Positions 1 through 12,835 of a stretch of DNA of 64,000 nucleotides are shown in pieces. Location of the stretch: contig BDGG01000002.1 of NCBI GenBank assembly GCA_001949185.1, forward strand, positions 7,182,448-7,246,447, given 5' to 3'. Positions within the stretch are counted from its first letter, which is position 1. Each line of letters starts with the position of its first letter. This DNA comes from Ramazzottius varieornatus. Lineage: Eukaryota > Animalia > Tardigrada. Under the pieces are notes generated by a model. The model ran no database searches. It was not told the origin of the DNA and saw only the letters and a list, made by a program, of their open reading frames with translations. The position numbers and the translations under genes were made by a program.

Positions 1-2
1 AA

Positions 3-1619
3 TTGATGAGCCTCCCGCCTGCTCAAGCGGAACACTATGCCGGTATGAACGTCCGGCAGATCGGCAACAACTGCTGGATGTACCTATGGCCGAAAATCTC
101 CTTGATCGTTCTGGTCTACCGATATTTTCATCCTCCATCGGAGGCTTTCGTCAACATGGTAAAATTCGTGACGTATATCGCGTCCTTATCAGCTTTCGCG
201 CTGGTTCTCGCGGGTCTACAGTGGCGAGCGTGGAACACCGTATACGTACTTCGAGGTCGCAGCAACGGAGAAATCCGTCTGTCGGTCATTTCCAACAATT
301 ACTACAACGTGGATAACTTCATGTGGGTCTCCGTGAACGAGGAAATGATCAATAAGGCCTACGCCCTGGTGTTCCTTGGACACTGGGCGAACAGTATAGC
401 GCCTGTTGTGTACCATCATGGAATACAGGCCGTCGTAGCAGCGGCACCGGAAGCTTTCGTACAATCTGCAACGACGTCATGGATTTCGCTCTTCGGGCTG
501 TGTTGGGTATTGGCTTGTCTGTATCACAAAGTGATGACGCTGTGGTTCCGGTCGATGCAGATTGGTTTCACGGCCGCGCAAGAGCGGGACCACGCGGCTT
601 TGAAATTCGAACTGTCGGGATGTTTTTACCTGTTTCTTTGGTTGGGTGATGTCCTGGACATGGATCGACAGCTGACTGTCATTCATGTCTCGCGGATGAT
701 GTTCTTTTTCGTGTTGTTCAAACTGGCAACTATTCCGAGTGTCTCGGGTCAGGTGGCGCAGACTCAGGCTTTGGAAGGATCCGGAAGTGGGTTGAACTAC
801 TCAAAGTACGTCGTGGAAGGCTCTATAGTTCCTGCCGCTCTGGGAATATTCTTACTGGACAGGTCAATATCTTCAGTATAGTCCATCATGATATTTCGAC
901 TGTTGGGTAGTAAAGGATTATGATCCGTCTTTTGTTGCAGGGTTTGGAGGGCGCCGCTGGTCGTCGAACCGGTAATTCACGGCACGTGGATGACCGACAA
1001 AACATCCCTCTTCCCTTCGGACTTCGAAATGTGGATGCATGGTGAGACTTTCTTTTGCTCCGTCGACCTGGCTTTTCAGTCCTTACACACAGCAGTCAAC
1101 TCTGTGGCCGCCTACGGACACCTGGAGGCAGACTATTCTGCGCCGCTTTGTCATATCCTGATGGAAAAAACCGACTGGCTCTTCAAACTGTGGAGCCTCT
1201 TCCTCCGGCACATTCTCAACATTGTTCTGCAGTGCTTCACATTAACGTTGCTTTGGGAGAACAGGACCGACGTTTTCTACGTCTCCTTCATGTATTTCTT
1301 CAGAATATTCAACTGTATGGAGTACCTTCACGAAGCGTCTGTAGGTGGCGTTTCCGGTCAGTTCTTCTGCTGGTCGCGCTGTGTGATCAAAGCACTGGTA
1401 CTTCCTACTGAATCGCAATTTGCCGAGTGGAATGACAGATGTAGTATTTGTCAGCTGGAAGATGAGGACCATCAGCTGTTTTGTACTTTTCCATGCGGAC
1501 ATATTTTTCATCGAGAATGTATTGAGCAATGGCTGAAAGTACGCATGTGTTGTCCGTTGTGCATGCGCGGAATACGCTTCCGGCATGGCCGAATAAAAAT
1601 GGACAAATCATCGTTCTAA
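3..1619 (+). CDS. Multi-pass membrane RING-H2 E3 ubiquitin ligase, RNF145/RNF139(TRC8)-like; 5' end may lie upstream of the window
   Basis: Hydrophobic ORF 3-881 joins ORF 990-1619 in frame via GT-AG intron 863-940; C-terminal RING-H2 CSIC..PCGHIFHRECIEQWL..CPLC. Confidence 0.7.
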
Positions 1620-1783
1620 CGTTTGCACTGCGTCATTAATCTATTTTCGTACATTTTCATAAATTAGTGAGCTAAAAGTCAGGAGGGCAAAAGTCCAGAG
1701 ATACAAATATATCAGAAAGCTTTGGTATGGCTTTTAGGGCACATTTTCCAGTACTCGTACAAAGTGAGTCTTTGGTTCGTCAT

Positions 1784-2220
1784 CTACTTCTTTCCAAAGG
1801 TGGCGAATCCGTTTTCGTAGGCATATCCATAGGGAAGACCAAAGTAGCCCAGACCAAATCCTCCGAGACCAAAGCCTCCGAATCCCCCGAAGCCAAGACC
1901 TCCGAGTCCAAAGCCGCCTAGACCTCCAAAACCTCCGAGCCCTCCAAAACCTCCGAGCCCTCCCCCATAAAATCCTCCGTTACCCCCATAGCCACCGTCT
2001 CCATGACCACCGCCACCGTACCCTCCTCCGCCATACCCGCCACCCCCATATCCTCCGCCGCCGTATCCCCCAGCAATCGCCTGACCGATAACCCCTGAAA
2101 AATAATAAAAAATAATTTTCGAGTCGTCGGTAAACGCTTCGCGATAAACAGCACAACAAGGTTTACAATGGCCGAGCGTGTCTTACCTGCCACAAGGACA
2201 ATAGCGATAAGCCAACTCAT
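1784..2220 (-). CDS. Secreted Gly/Tyr/Phe-rich peptide (114 aa) ending in FGKK-stop
   Basis: Exons 2220-2187 and 2094-1784 splice to signal-like MSWLIAIVLVAGVIGQAIA followed by GGYGG, GGLGGF and GGFGL repeats and ...ENGFATFGKK*; this frame is absent from the ORF track. Confidence 0.85.
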
Positions 2221-2790
2221 TGTGAGTTTAGAAATGGATCTCTGGGTGGAAAGGTTTTCTGCTTGTGAACTCTTGCGTTGATAGCACTGAGGGTAATGTA
2301 TAATATGTGTAGTTATCAAGATGGAGTTATATATAGTGACCTACGAAGATCTTTGCCCGAGCACAATGTTTTGCGTTAGTTACGGTCGAATACGATTACC
2401 TAGACGTTACAAAACCAAAGTATTCGAGAAGTTACGTGATCGTCTTCCTCATGTTTCGAAGAACAATATGCGACCACCTGTATGGTCGATGGGGTCGTCG
2501 GAACTTGTGAGTCATGCTTATTTACGTTCCCTTCGAACACTTGAAAATTAAAATTCTCATAGTCACACCAGGAAGTACGACACTGGGAAATTTCATATCA
2601 GTTTTTAGCGAGCAATAAAAATTCTGTCTTGCACGAAGCAGTTGTAGACCGAACTCGAACGTCCGAAGTGTCAAAGAACAAGAAGTAACAGAAGCAAACC
2701 AGAACCGCAAGCACGTGGTTCGCAGTGCTAACAGCACCCGATGGAGAAAAACAAATACGTGCGCAGTTGTTCTTTTTGGGAAATTGATCA

Positions 2791-3538
2791 TTATTGTGCA
2801 ACTTCAAGTGTAACAGCGATGCAAGCCAGTTGATTTCCGGTTGAGTCTGTCACCGTTATTTTCCCTTCGTAGGCTCCCTGAAATTGACCCACATGGACAG
2901 TCTAACAGCGCAAGCTTCCACATTCGTCATAGAGTACCTCTGCCATCCAGCGTACGAAAGACGACATGTGCGGAATCTTTATAACTTTATTCACTGTGTA
3001 GGTCATTGCGGCAATTGGGCAGACGTTCTCAAACTCCGTGCAAATATCCGTGAAAGTGCTGCAAAATCGTGAAAGCATGTCAGTTGTCAGTTCTAGGACT
3101 TCTGGCTGAAGGAGGTAATGTCCGTTACCATGATCCAAATCTTCCTTGACATGGAATACTCTGGCCTTGCAAAAGACCCGCAGTCTTGTGCAAGTCAGTT
3201 CGCACTTCCAGTGGTCCATTGAGGTCCTGCTTCACTTCCACTTGGGCTGAGATGGTTATACTCCCGTCCAACGATATCACATCGGGCGTTATTTTCAGTT
3301 CTTTTACTTGTATTGTCTCGTTAGCCGAATCGACACCTTGGAGAAACAACACGTTCGTATAGATTCAGCAACAAGTCTGTGATGTATCAAACAATACAAC
3401 ATCGAGGTCTGTTAAAGGAGGTGAACTCACGAACTTACTGCAAGATCGCCATGTGAAGGCCAAGGTTTGTGGCAGATAACTTAGCTGCCATGCGACAAGG
3501 ATAGCCAACATAGAAGGTGGGAAAACAGATGGTTCCAT
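2791..3538 (-). CDS. GM2 ganglioside activator-like ML-domain lipid-binding protein
   Basis: Four exons: signal peptide+FTWRSC, ...IPCQGRFGS|CTFTDICTEF...CPI, last exon GAYEGKITVTDSTGNQLACIAVTLEVAQ*; Cys pattern of GM2A/ML family. Confidence 0.75.
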
Positions 3539-4577
3539 GGGTAAGCACTTTGTCTCGGCTTGGTGGTAGGAGAAGCCTTCTCCAAATAGTGGACGAAGAA
3601 GATCCAATTGGCTTTCGACAGCAGAGAAGCCTTATATTAGCGCTCTTCTCTTCCGCAGATCGGCTTCTCGTTTCATTGAAGTGTACGATGAATCTGGGCT
3701 CGGGACGAGCACGTAGAGCAACTGCCGATGGGAGCCGAAACCTGCAGATGGAAAACTTCCATGAACGTGACGGTAAACTTGCGTAATGTTGCCAGGTATG
3801 GCCTGAAAGCACGCCCTGGAGCATTGTATTTTCCAGTCTATAAGCTGACGCGTATAAGCCTGGATGGAGTGGCGAGTTTGGTAAATAGGAAACAATCCGG
3901 TTCATGATGGGGTCCCCCTTTTAACGTAGGCGTCAACTCGTTAGGTATTGCTTTTTTGCCGTTTAAAGATTCTCTTGCAGTTTTTTTGCGTTACAATATC
4001 GGCAGAACATCCCGCCCCAGCCAGTTTGCGGTTCCCGCTGACTCCAAAAAAAGGTCGCCGAAAATTCAAAGATTCCCTGATTTTTTCAGCGTAAAATATG
4101 CGTAACATTAAATCACTCTCAGTTTACGCTCCAATAACGTCATAGAGACGGCGCGAACGCAGCGTTTAACTCAAGACAGAAACGTCGTCTGTGAATCCAG
4201 CGGGAAATTATGGCGACCCGTGATTTTTTTGCGACGGGATTTTTCCCGTATCAAAGGGTCCTCGAGAGCGTCGCCGCGTTGTCGCTGTAGGACAGCTGCA
4301 CCTGCGAGTTCATTATAATGCGTATGGCACAAAAAAGTGCGTGATGAGGTGAGGAGTCATCTGAGTGTTGTCTGGTCCGATCGATAAGGTACTCGAAAAT
4401 CCGACGACCCCGTGATAGATTGCAGAGCGAGCCCGAAGAACCAGGTTAATGAGAGACAAGGCGGGCTGGAGGATGTGGCGGTCCTCTGCCCAATTACGCA
4501 CCAGCATCATGTTGTAGCAAACAGTGATTGGCTTGACCATTCGGACAAGCCACATCATTGGTCGCGCTTACGTCACA

Positions 4578-4585
4578 TGACGTGG
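4578..4585 (+). promoter_or_regulatory. Candidate UPR element TGACGTGG about 120 bp upstream of the LMAN1 ATG
   Basis: Exact match to XBP1/ATF6-type UPRE consensus; nearby CCAAT/ATTGG boxes; LMAN1 is a UPR target in mammals. Confidence 0.4.
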
Positions 4586-4705
4586 CATCTGGGCCATCGA
4601 GGCGAGTTGATTGTTGATCAGCCTGAAGACGATTAAAATTTCAACAGCTGGCTGGTTAGTTGCCTTGAATTTGTGAAGTGGTTACCACCTGTTCTTCCTG
4701 CAAAG

Positions 4706-7325
4706 ATGGCACTTTTCTCCATAATTTGTGCCATTCTTACCGTGTTCTTCTTGAATTATGCAGCCAGTCAATCGCAGTACAGGAGGTTGGAGTACAAGTA
4801 CAGCTTTAAAGGGCCGTACATCGTACTGAAAGACAACACCGTACCATTCTGGGACGTCGGAGGCCGTAAGTAAATTCATGTCAGTGTTCCGTGAGAGTTG
4901 ATAAAAGCTCGTCTCCCTTACAGATGCCATTGCCAGCGATGATCAGGTCCGGCTCGCACCGTCGCTCAAAGCCCGAAAAGGTGGGTGCCAACGAGGATGA
5001 GACTCACAGGAGTGATTCAACAGAGAAATGCGAAGAAAAGCTGAATCATTCTCAATTAGGATGATAGCTGGTAGCGTTACCACTATGTATAGCGGTACCA
5101 GCTATCACCGGAAGTTGTCTGTTTCTCGTGCAGACATCCGGAAGTTGTCCCTGTGAGTCAGCTACATCGTACAAGTGGCTGGCTGTCTGTTTCAGGTTAT
5201 ATGTGGACGAAAGCGCTGACAAGTTTTGAATGGTGGGATGTGGAAATGTCGATTCGCGTGTCCGGAAATGGTCGAATAGGAGCGGATGGACTCGTAAGGA
5301 TTATAACCCACGCTGCTTCCTCCCAAGTTCTGTTGGGTTAGGGTTGACATCGTGAATATATTTTTAGGCCTTTTGGTACGCGACCGACAGGATGCAGGAA
5401 GGTGATGCTTTCGGCAGCCGTACCTCATGGAATGGTTTGGGACTTTTCTTTGACTCGTTTGACAACGATGGGAAGGTAGGCCGGAAGTGATAGCATTTGA
5501 CTGTAGCTCGAGTTTGTAAGTAATCTAGCGCTTGTGGATTCTTGACAGATGAACAATCCTTACGTCTACGTCATCCTTAACGATGGTCGGAAGGTTTTTG
5601 ATCACGAAGCGTAAGTCCCGAAGTCAAATGCTCTTCTAACAAGCAATGCACTAACCAGCTACGATTGCAGGGACGGAGTTAACCAGCAGCTCGGCGGATG
5701 TTTACGGGACTTCAGAAATAAGCCATTCCCTATCAAAGTCAAGATCGAGTACTACCACAACGTTCTCACCGTAAGTGGTCTCTTTAGCAGTCCTGTGCTC
5801 CCGTGTGAGACAGTTTTAAGTTTCGCTGACTTGAATGCTTGCTATAGGTTCTGATGACCAATGGACTGACCGCTGATGAGACTCCCGAGCTTTGTCTTCG
5901 TGCGGAGAACGTCTTCCTGCCTCGAAGTGCTTACTATGGTCTGTCGGCAGCCACCGGAGGTTTGGCCGATGATCACGACGTGCTGTCCTTCATCACCACC
6001 AGTCTTCACGACCAAAGTCAAGAGGTAAGAGGTCGCGGATAGTTTTCCCTTTAGTTCATTATCCATGGTTCTAACTGGGAATGTCTTTGTTCTATAGCGC
6101 AGCGTACAAATCTCGCAGATGGAACGCCAAAAGCTGGAAGCTCAGTTCAGGGACTACAATGAGAAGCTAAAAGCCCAACAGGAAGAGTACTTAAAACAAC
6201 ATCCGGAGAAAGCGGCGCAACACCAGCAGCAGCAGATGCAGCAACAGGGCAATACCGGTACACAGGTAGGCTAACACATCTTAAATAGGCTAACTTGCCT
6301 GTTGATATTTCAAGGTTTGATTTCATGTATGTGTAGTTTGAGAATCCTCAAGACCGAGCTTTTCGTCAAATTTTCGACGGCCAGCAGTTCATCCACTTGG
6401 CTGTCCAGCAACTCAACAAGCGGATTGACGAGATTATCGGTCGTCAGGAGCGAACTCTTTCTGCAGTGTCCGCGTTGTCTTCTGGACAAGGTCAGGGGCA
6501 GGTGGTGGCTGCGAACGGTAAGCACGTCCGTTCATTTGGAATACTTGGCTGCTCAGATGTGGAATATCTTCTGTTGTTGTAGCAGCTCAGTATAACCAGC
6601 CGCCAGCAGCAGCAGGAGCGGGCGGATCTGTCATACAGCGTTATGAAGTGGACCAGATACTGCGAACCCAGACGGAACTTCAAAATGCACTCCGTGATAT
6701 CAGGTATTCGTTCGGTTACTTCTCATAGCTTTGTTGAAGGTTTAAGCCTGAAATTCCTAGCGTTCGATATTATTGTTGAATACGCCTGTTATGTAGAGCT
6801 TTTTCGGCGGATATCCAGACGAAGATTACCAACCTGCAGCACGTCCAGAGCCAGCAACCCGCGAGCTATCAGCAGGCAGGACAGGGACCAAGTCTGACGG
6901 AAGTTCGAGATGCAGTCAATAATGTTCGACAGGATACCGCTGCCATTCTGGCTCGTCCACAGGTATTTCCGCTCTACATCAAATTTGCAGTCATGAACGG
7001 TTTTGTAGACCACCGTACGTAGTTAGATATCGTTGAACTATGGCTCTATTGAGGGTCTTGTCCTTTTCTTGCAGCCGGTAGCCTCATGTCCACAGCCTAA
7101 TTGCATCAATACGCTATGGTTCGGCGCCTTCATCGCTGTGCAGACTGTGATATTCGTGGCGGTTAACTTATTCAAGTAAGTGCACTCGTCCTGTAGGTTG
7201 TCTTGGTCTTTCCTGGGGAAATTTAGTCTACTGAATACATTAATTTTGAATACTCTTGGTTGTTTGTGATTGGGGTACGTTATTGCAGGGGGTCGGGAGA
7301 AAGTAAAAACAAGAAATTTTATTAA
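4706..7325 (+). CDS. LMAN1: ERGIC-53 L-type lectin cargo receptor
   Basis: Signal peptide, RRLEYKYSFKGP, GRIGADGL, FDSFDNDG, YGLSAATGGLADDHDV, coiled-coil stalk, TM segment, C-terminal KKFY*. Confidence 0.93.
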
Positions 7326-8509
7326 CGGATGGTACTCAGGAGGGAGAAAGCGCTGATCTGCCTCATTAATCAAAGATGTGTTTTTTAGTGTTAGACTTTT
7401 CGATGTTATTGAACCGGTTTGCTACAGAATCTTAACTTTGATTGTCGGCCGGCTCCGGCACTTTGCAATGCGAGATTATGTCTGTGTGTTTTTTGTACTG
7501 TGTAGTGGTCGTCTGATTAGTCTTTAGTGAAATTGACATGACGTTGACGATGGTGAATGCGAGTTCTGCGACGGCTTTAAGATGCTTCTTTCTGAAGTGT
7601 CACAAAATGTCCGCGAGTTTGCTTGATGTCCAATAAAATTCTGATCTTAACCTTCTTATTAGCTTGTATTCGTATAATGAAATCAAGAGACGTCAGAGTG
7701 TCAGTCAGTCGACTGACGTGAAAGACCGGCAAACGAACGCGCAGTCTTTCTTTTGCATGCTCCTGCAAACTCAGCGCTGTGATGAGTGTATTGGGGTCGT
7801 GTACGCAGGTGGTTGAGAATGGAGGGCTCTTCGCCTGCCATGTAGAGCTTCTTCGGTACATGAGAGGTGAAAGGTAGTATGTCATCAGTCCGGGTAACCG
7901 GGAGCGTTGGACACAGTTCTTGATGATTGCTAAAAGGTTTTAATCGTCCAAACAAGACAGCGTGAATGACATGATGGTACAGGTAGTTTATTGCGGTGGA
8001 AAAGCGGTAACTTACTTGTTCTTTGGTCGTCTTCGGACGTTGACGGCCCTGGAAGTCGATGAAAGAAAGAACTTTTCATTGCCATCAATTTTGATTCTGA
8101 CGATTCTCTTCATAGAACCATTGTTGTTAGCAAAGTATAGAGAGGCTAGTGCAGCGATGAGTCTTTCGAGAATTCCGGCGCGGTTCGTAATCGTGAGAAA
8201 ACTTATTGCATCAAAGTGTTTGTGAAAAGGTCGACCTAAGGGGTCTCTTCAATCATAATCTGGCCTGTCTTTTGTCTATATCCGACTGCCATCACCCCGC
8301 GCAGTACATGACTTTACCTTGTTAACCATGGGAAGTCGCAATCGCGAACACGTGTAAGCCAACGCCGAGAAGTTCTTGATAGAGACTGATCTGAAGAAGA
8401 TGGACTTTTGTCCGCTTGAGCGAATGTCTTTCATGTACAGCTTGAAGTTATCAGATGACTAGTTCGACTCTAGTTTTAGCTGAACTTCCCGGCCTCTTCA
8501 ACTGCAAGC

Positions 8510-8967
8510 ATGCGGTTCCCTGTTTTGTGGGACTCTTTTTCCGGCTGCGTGCTTCCTCCGATCTCCATTTTTTATTTCCTGGTTTTATCTTCTGTGGAAG
8601 CCACCAATCGGTACTACGGAACGTATCTTTCGTATGGATCGGGGGATACTATCATTCAAACTTTTCACGCCAACAGCGGACCTTCAGGAGCCGGCAGGTC
8701 AGTTCATCCATTTCATGCTTACCCGATGAATCCCAATGGTTGTCTGAGCAATTTCTATCCGATAGGAAATGGCATGTGGAATGCTTGGACGGGGAAGCTG
8801 CAATCGGCATACAGTAAGTGAGCCTGCGACTTTTCCTCCACCAACATGAAGTTTTAATAGTGTCGTTTAATAAAACATCCATGATAAGCGAACGCGGATG
8901 ATTTTTTAATTGGGCGTGTTAAGGTCGTCTGATCGCATCGATGGGTAACGTCAATACGCTAGACTAG
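8510..8967 (+). CDS. Possible small secreted hypothetical protein
   Basis: ORF with signal-like hydrophobic stretch (ISIFYFLVLSSVEA), GTAAGT donor near 8814 and an in-frame short second exon 8924-8967; no recognisable homology. Confidence 0.25.
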
Positions 8968-10276
8968 TGAAGGTGGTACACAGTCTGATTTAGTACAAAG
9001 GCGGAAGTGACGGCTAGTTGCGTTAACCTTCCACCTGTTCCTCTGAGGTGCACCGTTCCCCTTAGCGAGCCCAAAGACCCCAGATAAAATACTTGTCCAA
9101 TATTGCAGGGAAATGGGTGTCGGTCGTAGCTTCTTCGTCGAACTTGAGCTCGTGGTCTTCCGTTGATACAGGTGCATTGTGAAGGTGTTGGATAACACGG
9201 AAATTATGAGGGGACAAATACGCAGATGACAGGCTATGTAGAGGAAATAGTAAGTCGTGTCGGGCTTGAGCGACTTTGCGACGTCGTGGTGCTGGTCATT
9301 CAGTTGCGGCGTTCGGTGTCCGTATGAACAGCAGGCCATAGTTCGAGGGTTTTAGGTCGCCGAGTAGCCATGGTACGCAGTCTTGGGTCACAAGCCAGCC
9401 ATTTGTCGGCAGGGTATCCGCGATCGGGATGCGCTAGTTCGGCCATCATGTTCGTGTAGCTTAAATTGACAATGAAAGAGCCAAAGTGGGGTTTCACCAG
9501 TGATGCGGTACACCACGAAGATGGAGAAACACTTCGTGAACTCAGCAAAAGGAAGATACTTCACGCCCTTTATCTGTTGATTTTACGACCAACTCACCGG
9601 TTTCTGCATCATTCTGTTGAGATTCGCTTGCCATCAGCCAGTTCCTCGGATGCGATCATTCTTTACCAGGTCATTAATTTTTACATAATCGCGCTCGGTG
9701 AACAGCGTCTTGAGGAGGCACTTGACAGGAGGTATAGGAAAGGTTAACTTAGTCCCACATGTATTGGCAGTAAATCGTAGTCAGCCTTACGGACCTTTAG
9801 AGTTCAAAATTCCCAAGCCCAAGCGCTCGTGTACAGATCTCTCCTTGGTGTGGCATCGTCGTTTGTCGTCGTCAAGCTCAGAGGATGAATTCTTGTCGCT
9901 GGTTGACTCGCCGGTTATGGTATGAGATCAGAACCTGGTTTTCCGGCTGGTACTGGAGACTCGGGAAATTAATGCGTAAGAATACTGGGTTCTAGTAATT
10001 GAGGACCGATGTGAGTGCTTTCACTTGATCCCCCTTACTTGGTCGAGTTTGTCTTCCTTCGACTGTTCTGTTGATGAGTTCCTCTGTTGGGAGCGGACTC
10101 TGGACGGTGGAGGAGTATTGAACCGTGGAGAATGTTTACGTTGGTGTCTCGTGTCTGATGGCGTGGCTTCCGGGGTGTTACGTCGTACGACAGGTTTGAA
10201 GTGGGTAAAAGAAGTCGATGTCCCAGTCACGTCGGGTTTTGACGAAAGCCGTCGTTTGAAACATGGCTGGATTCAA

Positions 10277-10743
10277 TAGTCCTCCTCACGACAGCCCGTA
10301 AAACTCCGTTGATTGTGTTGAAAGTGGATCACGAAGTTTCGCTTTCAAGATAAGCAGCCCTCGAGTAGCTTATCCTGAAAACGAAAACGGATTATTCTCT
10401 GCACAATTGACTCAAAATTTCAAATTTTCATTTCTCAGCTGATCTCTGTGAGCACAGTGCTTCACGTTGCGGGATACCGTTTCACCTATGGGCTTCGTGA
10501 TACCAATTAGTGTCGGGGATATCGACAGACAGAGACTAGCCAGAGAGAAAACCACGAATTTCAGCCTAGTCAGGAGGCAAAGTTTGCCTACAAACCTACC
10601 CCGCAAAACTCGCGCATTTCCGCTCCCGTTTCCGAGACTTTCGAAAAACGCAATTTTGCCTCACTCACGACTAATTTCCGTTGATCAAGCAAACTCAAAT
10701 TTCAAATCAACCGTTTGCGACATAAACAGCTCGTCGTGAGGAC
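10277..10743. mobile_element. Non-autonomous TIR element (MITE), internally deleted inverted copy of the element at 36721-37255
   Basis: Near-identical reverse complement of 36721-37255; left end TAGTCCTCCTCACGA, right end degenerate TCGTGAGGAC. Confidence 0.85.
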
Positions 10744-11006
10744 ATCGAATCGAATATCTGTGACAGAATACAAAGATTTTACTCCTTGATTGGACGTCGT
10801 GGTCAAGCTTTGCTTCGACGCAGGGATTGCTCAGCGAAGTCCATAATTTCCATCAAGCACACACGAGATCGCTCTGGCTGTAATAGCAAGCCGGTATGAG
10901 GTAGAGAGCAAGCTTGAGAAAGCCACAAGCAAAGATCGCGAATCATTCAAAAAACATTGATCACAATGATCGCTAAGGACAATAATTTCTAAATTGTGTC
11001 TTGCAG

Positions 11007-12336
11007 GGACTGGGTGAACGATTTTCAGGTACGTGGGATATTCAAGCAATTTATTATGAAATACTGCCTATAAAGCAAGCCACCGCACACGCAGCGAAAC
11101 GGTGTGGATGATCTTCTCCCCACAGAAAATCGAAGTGCTGTGGTGCAAGTTCATGTGAGTCCTCTTCTCTTTCCTATTAATAAATATCCAGGCATATTCT
11201 TGATCGATTTTTCACCGTTTGCTTGTTTCTTTCCAGGTTTCCTTATAAGCCTCCAACGAACGGACTATATCCTTTTTATCCCAAGTAGGTTGGTCATCTC
11301 AGGACGGAGATCGGACCGAATTTCAAAATGGCTCTTTTTTTCCAGCTGCCATATTCGGAACTACACCCAACAGTTCTTCTGTTTCTCGCCGGCAAATGTC
11401 TTGTTGACCATCAACACATTCATAGCGGGTAACTGAAATCAGCTGTTGATTGTTTTGGTTGTGAATCCGACTTCCGCGTCGTTCCTGGGCTTTTTACACG
11501 GCTGATTTTTCAGGGTTTTGGGATAACGAACTACAGTTCTTCGTTGGCCGTAGAGGGCTCGACGACACCAACATTTACAAATGCTGCCGTGCTCCCGAAG
11601 GTTAGAATGTCTACACCAACCACATTGGTTAGAACGTCTACACGCCAGCTTCATATTATAGGATATTATATCGACTACACCAGTTGCTATTATATGCCAA
11701 CACACGACCAATACTGGGAGTACTATGTAAGCTGATGAACCTCATTATACCTTTATTAATGCGATAAAACACTGCACTGCTTTGTCGGGGTACGTCGGTT
11801 ACTCACTACAAAGCTGATGCGGGTAGTTTAGACCTGTTTCAACCGGCCAATAAAGAAGGAGCGTTCTTACACCAGACGAAAGCGGGTTCACATATTGAAG
11901 ATAGAATTTTACCTTTTCAGGATTCTGTTCAGCATATCATTACCTATTGCGCCAGCGGATACGTGATGACGGGCATTTCGAAGAAGACCAACCCTTATGA
12001 TCTTGAGGTAAAACAGATCAAAGCTTTCGGTATAAGGTGAGCACTCTACCGGTATGAAAATTATCTTGGTTTGTGTAGTGGCATATTGAATGGATGCAGT
12101 GTTGTCGAGTTGGGTTCGCTGGCGGTACGCGGTTCGCAACGGCCAAAATTGCGCCGGAAACCCCGAGGGTCACTCGCTCGGGAGAGGATCAAGAGAGAGA
12201 CTTCGACAAAGCAATCCAAAGAGCCGACACGAAGATCACTGAAGGGCTTGGAAGAACAGCAAACAAGCTGGATAACAATTTGTTTGGTTATCTGCCGGCT
12301 GGTCTTGGAAATAGCTCGTCTAAGTTTACGTACTAG
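11007..12336 (+). CDS. Dermatopontin-like Cys/Tyr-rich protein, copy 1 (first exon/signal peptide not resolved)
   Basis: Short exons splice in frame: DWVNDFQ|KIEVLWCKF..|CHIRNYT..|FWDNE..YKCC|GYYIDYTSCYYMPTHD..|..YCASGYVMTGISKK..|WHIEWMQCCR; W-x-N, C-x2-G-x3-TG and W-x2-CC motifs resemble dermatopontin repeats. Confidence 0.6.
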
Positions 12337-12516
12337 ATTTTGTTGGCGGTCCGTTGTTGCCACTTCTTCCTCGTTGCTAATTCTTCTTACTGTGTTACCA
12401 TAGATTCTTTTTTTATTACCTACCCGTTTTCAGCTTAGCTGTATGAACACATAGTAGTTGCCCTAAGGATTCCTTGTTCTTCCGTCTTTACTGACAATCA
12501 GCAAACGAAAGGTTAA

Positions 12517-12590
12517 CGATCGCTATATCAAGTGGCGCAGTACTGTTTTATTATCGGCCAAGAGAGTGCGCCACTTGTGACTACGATCTT
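12517..12590. repeat. Family A palindromic dispersed repeat
   Basis: CAAGTGGCGCAG-N25-GTGCGCCACTTG with GATCG/CGATC outer arms. Confidence 0.75.
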
Positions 12591-12835
12591 GTAGGTTTCG
12601 TTTGCTAGCCTCCCATATCCTGGTGAGCTCGAAAGCATTTCTGGACATTTCTTCACTGTACAGGTCTGCTTTCTTTCAACTTCAAAAATTCCGACTGTGA
12701 GATTCATTAATACGGTGCTTAATATGCATCAATGAAGATGACAATGGATATATCGACTTGCTCGCCGTGGGGGGACGTCAACGGCCTTGAGTCTTTTGTT
12801 ATGTTAGAAAGCCTTAATTAACTCAAAACACACAG

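Noticed and set aside
1918-2319. ORF-track proteins over the Gly-rich repeat (1918-2319 minus, 1727-1921 plus)
   Set aside because: Off-frame or antisense shadows of the spliced Gly-rich gene
3905-4265. Weak inverted similarity at the ends of an A/T-tract-rich intergenic stretch, possible old MITE
   Set aside because: Too degenerate, no TSD and no second copy in the window
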